Source: Octopus vulgaris (lineage: Eukaryota). Taken from it: a DNA stretch of 64,000 nt. Positions 53,234 to 64,000 of this stretch are shown in pieces. The DNA lies in the NCBI GenBank assembly GCA_951406725.2, contig OX597831.1, positions 36,766,001-36,830,000 on the forward strand, given 5' to 3'. Under the pieces are notes generated by a model, which saw nothing but the letters and a program-made list of their open reading frames with translations, was not told where the DNA came from and ran no database searches. Every line of letters begins with the position of its first letter. Position 1 is the first letter of the stretch. Both the position numbers and the translations under genes were made by a program.

Positions 53234-53540
53234 CAGTGGTTCCCAAACATTTTCAGGCTGCTGCCCCCTTGACCATCAGGCCACATCTTATCACCCACAA
53301 CCAACCATCACGAGCATAGATCTCTTTCTGCAGCAAATTCAAAGCAACTGTATTTCACAAATAAAACTTAACCTAGTCATAGGAGTGGCTGTGTGGTAAG
53401 TAGCTTGCTTATGAACCACATGGTTCCTGGTTAAGACCCACTGCGTGGCACCTTTGGGCAAGTATCTTCTACTATAGCCTCAGGCCGACTAAGCCTTGTG
53501 AGTGGATTTAGTAGATGGAAACTGAAAGAAGCCCGTCGTC

Positions 53541-53605
<65 letters not shown>

Positions 53606-53993
53606 ATATGTTTGTGTGTCTGCTTTTGTTTCCCCAACATCGCTTGACAATCGATGCTAGTGTGTTTAGATCCCTGTAACTTAGTGGTTCGGCAAAAGAT
53701 ACTGATAGAATAAGTACTAGGCTTACAAAGAATAAGTCCTGGGGTCGATTAATGCCCGACTAAAAGCGGTGCTCCAGCATGGCCACAGTCAAATGACTGA
53801 AACAAGTAAATGAGTAAAAGAGTAAAGAGTAATGAACCCATTATTTTGTTGTTGCTACACGAATCCCCACTCCACTATCACCCCAATTTTTACATGAATT
53901 GCTACCCCATTATCACTCCACTGTTCTTCAATGCCCCCTTGGAACTTTTCACCACTCCCAAGGGGGGAATACTGCTCACTATGGGAACCACTG
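53234..53993. mobile_element. hAT MITE containing a SINE A
   Basis: Perfect 12-bp TIR CAGTGGTTCCCA / TGGGAACCACTG; related 3' end at 35470-35573. Confidence 0.7.
53380..53830 (+). mobile_element. SINE family A, full length
   Basis: Collinear with other family A copies. Confidence 0.9.
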
Positions 53994-54078
53994 TGATTAG
54001 ATCATCAAATAAATGTCTCACAGTTTTAATTCCAGTTTTTTCCATTCTGAGTTCAATCCTGCTGAGTCCAACATTGCC

Positions 54079-54786
54079 TTTCATCTTCCTGGGGTCAGTC
54101 CATAAAGAACCAGCTTCAGATGATGGACTGGCAGATTAGTAGAATATCAAATGATATACCTTGTGGTATTTGTTCCAGATTTTTAGATTCTGAGTTCAAA
54201 TTTAGGTGAGATCAACTTGAACAGGAAGATAACCTAACAGAGTTGTTAGATCACAAGAAAAATGTCTGGCAGTTTTAATTCTAATGTTTTATATTCTGAG
54301 TTCAAATCTTACAGAGGTCATCTTTAACTTTCATTATTTTGCAGTCAATAAATAAGTGCCAATATAGTGCAATATCCTAGCAGAACCATTGAAGCATAAA
54401 ACAAAGGTTCTGAGTTCAAATCCTGCTGTGATCTACTTTGGTACTAGACTTAATCTGTCTTTTGATTTAATCCTTTGCTTGTCCTGTGTATCACTTCCAA
54501 TATGTTGGATATATTTACCTGGCATTCAGGCAACATATATGATACACATTCCCAATATGTTTTCAACCACTGCAGTAACTTGGGACTTACAAACAAAGAT
54601 TTTTATTCTTGTGATCTAACAACTCTGTTAGGTTATCTTCCTATTCAAGTTGATCTCACCAAAATTTGAACTCAGGATCTAAAAATCTGGAACAAATACC
54701 ACAAGGTATATCATTTGATATTCTACTTATCTGCCAGTCCATCACCTGAAGCTGGTTCTTTATGGACTGACTCCAGAAAGATGAAA
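54079..54786. repeat. ~180-bp inverted duplication (54079-54259 and 54606-54786)
   Basis: Arms are reverse-complementary with few mismatches. Confidence 0.9.
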
Positions 54787-55032
54787 TGTATGGAACAAGG
54801 GTGGTATAACTAAAAGTCTGAAAACAAGCATGGACATTTAGGACAAACTTGATGCGAAAAGCAAAGGGTTAACATTGTCATTAGGCCCTTAGGTGCCTAT
54901 ATTGGAATCTGCTCTTTGCAAACATCTGGGTGAAGTTTCCTTCTTGAGGATAAATTCCTCTCATTGGTCTTGGAGGCTAAGTAAAGGGCCATGTGTCCTG
55001 CCCTTTCCTCTTGGTTAAGTGATATAAATATT

Positions 55033-55480
55033 TATTTCTTTATTGCCCACAATGGGCTAAACATATAGGGGACAAACAAGGAGAGACAAAGGGATTAAGT
55101 CGATTACATCGACCCCAGTGCATTAATGGTACTTATTTAATCGACCCCAAAAGGATGAAAGGCAAAGTCGACCTTGGGGAATTTGAACTCAGAATGAAAA
55201 GACAGACGAAATACCGCTAAGCATCTCGCCCGGCATGCCAGCGTTTTTTATTTCTTTATTGCCCACGAGGGGCTAAACATAGAGGGGACAAACAAGGACA
55301 GACAAAGTGTTTAAGTCAATTATATCGACTCCAGTGCGTCACTGGTACTTATTTAATCGACCCCCAAAAGGATGAAAGGCAAAGTCGACCTCGGTGGAAT
55401 TTGAACACAGAATGTAAAAACAGATGAAATTCCACTGAGCATTTTGCCCAGTGTGCTAACGATTCTGTTAGTTCACCGCC
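55033..55480 (-). mobile_element. SINE B tandem dimer with 18-bp TSD
   Basis: ttaagtKatataaatatt at 55015-55032 and 55481-55498. Confidence 0.85.
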
Positions 55481-56750
55481 TTAAGTTATATAAATATTAA
55501 AGCAAAAATGAATAACAAAAAAAAAAGAAAACAGCATGGAAACAAAATGAGTCAAGTCTCTTGTTTGAGGATAAATTCCTCTCAATTAGTCTTGGAGGCT
55601 AAGTAAAGGGCCATGTATCCTGCCCTTTCCTCTTTGTTAAGTGATATAAATATTAAAGCAGAAGTGAATAACAAAAACAGCATGAAAACAAAATGTGCCG
55701 ACTGAACATTTCGCTTATAATGAATGTCCATATTTTCTGATTAACCAACAAATATCCAAGTGAGCAAAATAACACAAGAGATAACAAATAACAATGAGAA
55801 TTCACCTACATATTCCTACTCTCAAATCTCATCGTTTCTATCTCAATACACAAAATTAATGTCAGACAACAAAAACATTTGATGTGGAATAGCTTCCGAC
55901 AAGGGAGTCTGGTTCAACAAAATCTAAACCTTATATTTAAATCATCGTGATTGTCATTCTTCAGTGTTTGTTTGTTTGTTTTGTTTTGTTTTGTTTTCTC
56001 TTAATATTTCTATAGCAAGGTAACTGGTTTTAAGCGCTCCCGTGTTTTTACTTGTATTATTGATTCTTCGTATTCCATGGCAATCCCCGATGAGATGACA
56101 TGGCAAATGGTATGGTGGTTGTTTTGGTAGGGTTGAGGAGAACCAAAGATTGGACAAATGAAGTGTTTAAAGAGACAGTAATTTATTTGAGAGTGGAATG
56201 AATAGCCAAAATGGAGTTTGACCTGTTATGTTTATTAACCCATTGTGATTCCTTCCAATTAGAAGGAAGTGCTTGGCAAACAATCAACTGAAATGGAAAA
56301 TAATGGGATGCAAGCAAGCAGAAAAATGGTTCTGAATTAACTGACTATCCTCCCCCCACCACCACCACCACCACCATGCCCATACTCTGCTTTCAAATTC
56401 CATTTCTTTCATTTGCCCCCCCCCCCCGTAACTATTTCCTTTCTGTTGGTTCAGCATTAAAATCACACTGTTTTCTCTTTTTCCTTTTTACTCCCTTTCT
56501 TTGTCACTCTGTCTCTCTGTCTCTCTCTCCCTCTCTCTCTTTCCTTCTTATTCCCTTCTTCTATCACTCCCTCTCTCTATCACCACCACCACCACCACTG
56601 CCACCACCGCCGCCGCCGCCGCCACCACAGCCACCACCATCATCATCAGAATGGCAACTCCCATAATTTTCCAGACTCTCTGAGTTTGATGTAGTATGTA
56701 TGTGTGCATGTGTTTGTTTCTATATATGTGTGTGTGTGTGTGTGTGTGTA

Positions 56751-57976
56751 CACAAGGTGCATTCCAGAAGGTTGAAGACATTTTTTTAGGAGAAACAGTT
56801 ATAACTGTCCCTAGATTATTGTAAATGTAGTATACTGTTACTGTACATCCAATAAGCTGACCTGCCACTATTTTTATCCCCGATTGAAGGAAACAGCTGT
56901 AACAGAATTTTGAATATTCCCTACTAAACACAGCTTGTCATAGCTGACTAGTATGCAGATATAAAAGCAAATTGGAAGCTTTGTATGCAATAAAGTTTTG
57001 TATTAAACTGAGGGAAGAAATGCTCCAGGAACTTATGAAATGGTCCATACTGCTTATAGTTTAATTTGTATAGATGAGCTTCTGATTTTTTTTTGTTGGT
57101 GCCAGAGGTTCAAAGATGGTAGAGATGATAAGAAGTGTGGGCGAGAAAGGAACATCAGAGCTGGTTGAGAAAATTCGCAATTTTCTGAATGAAGATTGTC
57201 GTGTGTCTATAAAGATGGTAAATATATAGTTTAGAGTTGGCATGGCAACTGTACAGAAAATTATTCATGAAGATCTGAAAAAGGCACAAAATTTGTGCGA
57301 AGTTTGTTTACTGAGTGCTCAGTGACAAACAGAAGGAAATATGTGTTGGTAGCAGCAGGGAAATGGTTGAGCTCATTACCCCCAATCCAAGAGTAATCGA
57401 TTCTCTGTGGATCTGTGGTGAAAGTTGGATCTACTGTTATGATCCATAGACCAACAGACAGGGTGCCCAATAGAATCATCATGGCTTCCCCAGATCTAAG
57501 GCCAGGCAGAGCAAGTCCACTAGGAATTTTATGAGGATCCCCCCTCTTTTGACTGCAAAAGCATCATCCAGACAGCATCTCTAACCAGACAGTCAACGAA
57601 GAGTACTTTGTAGAGATTTAGGGGGAAGTCAGGAAGAGATTTTGCCACAGAGGGTCAGAGAGCCTCTACCTGGGTTGGTGGCACATGCACAAGGACAATG
57701 CCTCAGTCTACAATTCCATCCTGGTGTTCATTTACTTGAGAGAGATTGACATCAAAGCTGTTCCTCAACCTTCCTATAATCCAGACCCTGCTCCCTGGGA
57801 CATTTGGTTGTTTCTCAAGGTGAAGGAGACCCTCTTTTGAAGACAAAGTGGCTGGAGCACAACAACAAGTGTATTGAAGTCAGAGGGTTCTCCTTCGAAG
57901 GTAATTAGACTTTTTTTTTGAAATCTATAAATGTTTGTCCCGTTCATATCTCAAAACTTCTGGAATTAACCTTATG
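56751..57976 (+). mobile_element. Decayed mariner transposon with both TIRs
   Basis: TIRs caaggtgcattccagaagg / cttctggaattaacctt; remnants YAIKFCIKL, IIHEDLK, CGESWIYCYDP, HKDNA, PQPSYNPDPAPWDIWLF (DD34D-type), frameshifted. Confidence 0.9.
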
Positions 57977-58185
57977 CATGCGTGTGTGTGTGGTTGTTTG
58001 TGCGTATACACATATATCATCACCACTTGCGCCACCACCACCACTGCCACCACCACCTGCGCCGCTGCCACCACAACCACTACCACCATCACAACCACCA
58101 CAACCACTACCACCACTACCACTACCACCACCACCATCATCATCATTTTGACATTCTTTTTTTTCATGTTGAAATGTGTTGGATG

Positions 58186-58376
58186 TGGCCATGCTGGAGC
58201 ACCACCTTTTTAGTGAAGCAACTCAACCCCAGGACTTATTATTTGTAAGTTTAGTACTTATTCAATCAGTCTCTTTTGCCGAACCACTATGTTACGGGGA
58301 CGTAAACACACCAGCATCGGTTGTCAAGCGATGTTGTGGGGGACAAACACAGACACAAACATATACACACATGTAC

Positions 58377-58409
<33 letters not shown>

Positions 58410-58535
58410 TACGATGGGCTTCCTTCAGTTTCCATCTACAAAATCCACTCACAAGGCTTTGGTCGGCCTGAGACTATAATAGAAGACACTTGCTCAAGCT
58501 GCCAAGCTACTTACCACACAGTCACTTCTACGCCT
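58186..58535 (-). mobile_element. SINE family A with an internal deletion
   Basis: Collinear with other family A copies. Confidence 0.85.
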
Positions 58536-58561
58536 ATATATGAATATATAGAAAATTTAAC

Positions 58562-59120
58562 TTGCTAACCACGAAACAGTGACTATGACCTTCTTCCTTA
58601 GCAATCTCAGTTTCAGTTTGGTTCAGCCATTTTGTAGAATGTCATCAATTGTTGTATAGAATCCCTTTTTGTTCTCATGTTCCGAGGGATCAAGAAACGG
58701 ATTGTTTATGTTGGGCCAAAGAATCACAGTACAGACATCCTAATGGCGATATTTTATCATTTTCATTCTGTTCGTGCAGCACACACATCGATAAAACATG
58801 CTCCAACTATCTAATACGGTGTAAATGTCAAACAGCTATTTAATGGCCAATGTTTAATTCTTCTGCAGCCTCCTGAGTTGTTTTGCATGGGTCTGATTCA
58901 ATAACAATCTTCAATTAATCATTGTCAATCACAGAAGTCCATCTACGACTCTCCTCATATTCAAGTCTTTTGTTTCCACTTTGAAATTTCAGGAGCTAAT
59001 GTTGATATGTATGTTTAGTGATGGTCCTGTGGGCAAATGCATTGTCGATATTGCTAGCAGCTTCTATTGTATTATATTTCATTTTGAATTCACACAATAA
59101 ATGCACACAAATTTACTTTT
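58562..59120 (-). pseudogene. Second mariner transposase remnant (Hsmar1/cecropia-like N-terminal half)
   Basis: Reverse complement reads EFKMKYNTIEAASNIDNAF..VIDND*LKIVIESDPCKTTQEAAEELN..NPFLD..ILYNN..KKVIVTV. Confidence 0.8.
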
Positions 59121-59276
59121 ATTACTTCTATTTTCCCCACTCTTTAATTTGACAGCCTAAAATAAACAAGCGAAAGTGAAACCATTAGTGTAAACGAATA
59201 GATCAAAATCTGTGCTTCAAAAGGATCTGTCACGTGCACATTGTTGAATACAGCTTTACTCGAAAATAAGCGTTCT

Positions 59277-59656
59277 TTTTTATTCTTTTACTTGTTTCAG
59301 TCATTTGACTGCAGCCATGCTGGAGCACCACCTTTAGTCGAGCAAATCGACCCCAGGACTTATTCTTTGTAAGCCTAATACTTATTCTATCGGTCACTAA
59401 GTGACGGGGATGTAAACACACCAGCATCGGTTGTCAAGTGATGTTAGTGGGACAAACACAGACACACAGACATATACACACACATATATATATATGTATA
59501 TATACAACAGGCTTCTTTCAGTTTCCATTTGCCAAATCCACTGACAAGGCTTTGGTCGGCCTGAGGCTAGAGTAATGACACTTGCCCAAGGTGCCACACA
59601 GTGGGACTGAACCCGGAACCATGTGGCTGGTATGCAAGCTACTTACCACACAGCCA
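59277..59656 (-). mobile_element. SINE family A
   Basis: Collinear with other family A copies. Confidence 0.9.
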
Positions 59657-60051
59657 TCAATGTTTAAAAATAATAAAAAGCTGTATTTGTGTGTAGCTTT
59701 TAACTTTTACTTGTTTCAAGCAATCAACTCTGGCCAGGCTGGGGCACAAATCTTGAAGAATTTTAATTGAACTTATCAACGCCAGTACTTATTGTTATTT
59801 TTTTACCTTTTTTGTAAAGCCTGGCACTTATTCTATCATTCTCTTTTGCTGAGAGATGAGTGCTCAATCCCAACTCTAGATTACATGAGCACACAGGTTT
59901 TTGGAACTGAATTGCTATCTCACAATTAGAGTTTCACATTCCAGCCATAATGAATAGACATATAATATATTATAATGTGTGTGTATATATATATATTAAT
60001 AAATATACATAATTAATATCAGAGTAATAAAGATTTAAATAATTTTTAGTA

Positions 60052-60412
60052 CCAGCGGCCTAGTGTATAGAAAAATTAGTCAATAGACTATATATTATTC
60101 ATACAAAATATAGTGTACATTTAAACATATTAAGAGGTATCCATCATAGGACTCCCTTGTGCTAGAAGGAACAGCTAAAGTTCAAACCACTAATTAGGGA
60201 TAAAATCTCGAAGGGAATGAAAAATATTTTATTTTATTTACTAAAAAAGTTTGAAACTATGGTCTAGGAAATACATGGTAAATGTTTTTATTTTCATTCC
60301 CTTAGAGATTTTATCTGCAATTAGTGGTTTGAACTTTAGCTGTTCCTTCTAGCATAAGGGAGTCCTATGATGGATACCACTTAATGTGTTAATAGTACAT
60401 TGTATTTTGTAT
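60052..60412. mobile_element. Fold-back element (family F)
   Basis: ~130-bp inverted repeats 60101-60228 and 60281-60412. Confidence 0.8.
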
Positions 60413-60439
60413 TAATATATATATATATATATATATATA

Positions 60440-60682
60440 GTAAACACACCAACACCAGTTGTCAAGCAGTGGTTGGGGGACAAATGTACACACAAACACA
60501 CACACATTTATATGTATATATAAATATACAACAAGTTTCTTTCAATTTCTGCCTATCAAATCCACTCTCAAAATTTTGGTCAGACTGATACTAAAGTAGA
60601 AGACACTTGCCTAAGGTGCCATGCAGTGGGATTGGACCAGGAAACATTTGGTTGGAAAGCAAAATTCTTACCACCCAATCAC
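60440..60682 (-). mobile_element. SINE A, diverged
   Basis: gaagacacttgcctaaggtgcc. Confidence 0.75.
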
Positions 60683-60696
60683 TACACACACACATA

Positions 60697-60770
<74 letters not shown>

Positions 60771-60771
60771 T

Positions 60772-60970
60772 GTGTGGGTGTGCTGAAAAGTTCCTAGTTT
60801 TAAGAGTATCACAAACTTCCGAGTTCTTTTACAGGGATTAGCAAGCCTGAAGGAGCTCTGCAGTAAGTACATGAATCTCAGAGAGGAACATGTTGATTAA
60901 AATCATAATTAACTGATCCTCCAGTATTTTCTGCAACAGAAAACCAGAAACTTTTCGGCACTCCCTTGTA
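60772..60970. mobile_element. Mariner-type MITE (same family as 13994)
   Basis: gtgctgaaaagttcct / agaaacttttcggcactcccttgta. Confidence 0.75.
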
Positions 60971-61010
60971 TATGCATATATATATATATATATCTTTATA
61001 GTAAAATAAA

Positions 61011-61256
61011 TGTGCCCTTTTAAAGCCTAACCAGGCTCATGGTCCCGGTTTCCCAGTTTCAATGGCATATGTGTTCCCCACCTGGACGGGGCACCAGTCC
61101 ATCACAGTGTTACTCATTTTTGCCAGCTGAGTGGACTGGAGCAACGTGAAGTGAAGTGTTTTGCTCAAGAACACAATGCATGGCCTGGTCCAGGAATCGA
61201 AACCACAATCTTACAATCATGATGCTGACACCCTAACCACTAAGCCACTCGCCTCC
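61011..61256 (-). mobile_element. tRNA SINE (C-like head, CORE-like body)
   Basis: Reverse complement ggaggcgagtggcttagtggttaggg..gtttcgattcc..ttcttgagcaaaacacttcac. Confidence 0.8.
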
Positions 61257-61258
61257 CC

Positions 61259-61311
<53 letters not shown>

Positions 61312-62287
61312 TATAGTTACATATACATATACACACACATATATATATATTTAATTATTTATATATTTATATATATATGCACACACACACATACGTTATA
61401 ATATATGTGTATATTATCTGATGGCTGGAGTGTGGAACTCTAATCGTGAGATAACAATCCAGTTTCAATGACCTGTATACTCATGTATTGTAGAAGAGCT
61501 ATTGGGCATTCATCTCTCATATGTCAGAACAATTCAACATTCTCTGTCTGTCTGTCTCTCTCTTTCTCTCTCACACACACACATACACACACACATACAC
61601 ATTTATATATATCATATGTGAACGCATGTATATTTGCATTTATGTACGGTATATTTACGCATGTGCGTTTCTGCATATATATATATCTAAGAATATATCT
61701 GTACATTCATACGGACGTTTACACGTATGCAAGTAATGTTATCAAATGCATTATGATGAAAATTAATTGACAATATACCTTACTTCAATATTGGACTGAC
61801 ATGAATTGAATACTGGAATGACATAAATGAAAGTTTGGAGGGAATTTGTCAGCCTTTCACGAATTTAATTTTCACCAATATTTACTTTGTAGGAAGGACT
61901 TGAGCTTCATTGAAACCGAGATAGCTATAATCACCAGTACTTACATTATATAAACGTCCATATGATATTAAGTTATAGCAAACACATTTATCTCATTGAA
62001 TTGTTTCTAAGATGAGATTCAGAAATTTATTTATCTATTTATTTATTTATTTGTTTATTTATTTTTTCTTGTTTTTAACCCACCCACCCTTCTTCTTCTT
62101 CTCCTCCTCCTCCTCCTCCTCCTCCGTCCTCACTTCTTCGTGCGAGTATTTGTTTGTTCCAATCGTATTTATACAGCCGATTGCTTCAGCTTGACAAGAG
62201 ATCACTGCCATAATTGGTGAAATTTATAAATATCTGGTTTTGGATTATCTCTATGCATCAAAAATTTGTAATACAGCTTTTCATGAG

Positions 62288-62490
<203 letters not shown>

Positions 62491-62805
62491 GAGGTCGATG
62501 ATGTAGCTATGGTTGCCTGATTGAAAAGTTGGTGTCGCAATGCTTTAGTTTAGAAACAAGGCAGGTAGTGCTGTGTTCAATCCTGTTCTGCACCGTGTCT
62601 CTGATATATCTATCCTTAAGTTTCCTTTTAGGTAAGGAAACTTTGAGCAATACTTTTGAATATGTATTGATGCATGTATGTATGTATGTACATGTGTACA
62701 TGTATATATACCTATACATACATATAAATATATATATACCTGCATATACTTTTCCATATAATATGCATATATTATATGGCATATATTATATGCATATATT
62801 ATATA

Positions 62806-63198
62806 GGCGCAGGAGTGGCTGTGTGGTAAGTAGCTTGCTAACCAACCACATGGTTCCGGGTTCAGTCCCACTGCGTTGTATCTTGGGCAAGTGTCTTCTG
62901 CTATAGCCTCAGGCTGACCAAAGCCTTGTGAGTGGATTTGGCAGACGGAAACTGAAAGAAGCCTGTCGTATATATGTATATGTGTGTATATGTTTTTGTG
63001 TCTGCGTTTGTTCCTCTAGCATTGCTTGACAACCGATGCTGGTGTGTTTACGTCTTTGTCACCTAGAGGTTTGGCAAAAGAGACTGATAGAATAAGTACT
63101 GGGCTTACAAAAAATAAGTCCCGGGGTCGATTTGCTTGACTAAAGGCGGTGCTTTAGCATGGCCGCAGTCAAATGACTGAAACAAGTAAAAGAAAAAG
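62806..63198 (+). mobile_element. SINE family A, full length
   Basis: Collinear with other family A copies. Confidence 0.9.
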
Positions 63199-63546
63199 AT
63201 ATACATACATACATACATATATATATATATGCATATATATATGTGTGTGTGTGTGTGTGTATGAATATGAAAATGGAACAAAAATGCAATAGAGGGCATT
63301 AAAACGTTTGGAGTTAGATGATACAAAGGTGGACATGAGAAACAACAATTAGAAGGACAGGCAAAAAAGATGGGTCATTCGTGGGTTTCTTTCCCCAGTC
63401 AAGTTCCAGAAGTCATGACCATTTTGGGCAGTTACACTTGAGATGTTTCGATCATCATCAAAGCATTATATTGCTTTGTAAGAAAGCTAGTGAATGTGTA
63501 CAGCAACAAAGACAAAAAAAAAAACAAAAAAAACAAACAAACGAAA

Positions 63547-63547
<1 letters not shown>

Positions 63548-63605
<58 letters not shown>

Positions 63606-63608
63606 AAC

Positions 63609-63687
<79 letters not shown>

Positions 63688-63700
63688 CAGATAGACAGAC

Positions 63701-63772
<72 letters not shown>
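63548..63772. repeat. (TAGA)n microsatellite
   Basis: Seen directly. Confidence 0.95.
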
Positions 63773-64000
63773 GTAATCTAAATAAGACAAAGATTTTAAT
63801 GCATATTTAATGACCTGTTACAATTGTTTCTGGATAAACTCTACTTGCAATGCCAGTTTACTCAAAAGTTCCAAGTGAAAATTTACATAATATTTGTAGA
63901 TTTAAACATTAAAGTAGCACTTCTTCAGACCGGCATCAAAGGTATGCTCTTACACTGTGTATCTTCCAGCATTGTACTTTGCTTATATCAAGAAGAAACA

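Overview
AT-rich, microsatellite-saturated eukaryotic non-coding DNA (large intron or intergenic). From the repeat families it is most likely octopus/coleoid cephalopod (inferred, not searched). No intact protein-coding gene is visible, and nearly all ORF-track entries are microsatellite or SINE artefacts. The window is a mosaic of three tRNA-derived SINE families (CORE-like, Nin/Deu-domain, and a third family), RTE and CR1/L2 LINE remnants, two decayed mariner transposases with mariner MITEs, hAT and piggyBac MITEs, nested and tandem non-autonomous Helitrons, minisatellites, and several long inverted duplications. The most notable signal is a set of hammerhead ribozyme motifs. One family (three copies, two in head-to-head palindromic form) couples a tRNA-like Pol III head to a Penelope-type minimal hammerhead. 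A separate element carries a near-complete type I hammerhead at 39229-39279. Weaker signals suggest a + strand spliced transcript (candidate exons 48570-48675 and 50557-50790, the latter also a kB/STAT motif cluster) and an RFX X-box/GC-box element near 30.1-30.25 kb. Coordinates were read by eye and may be off by a few bases.
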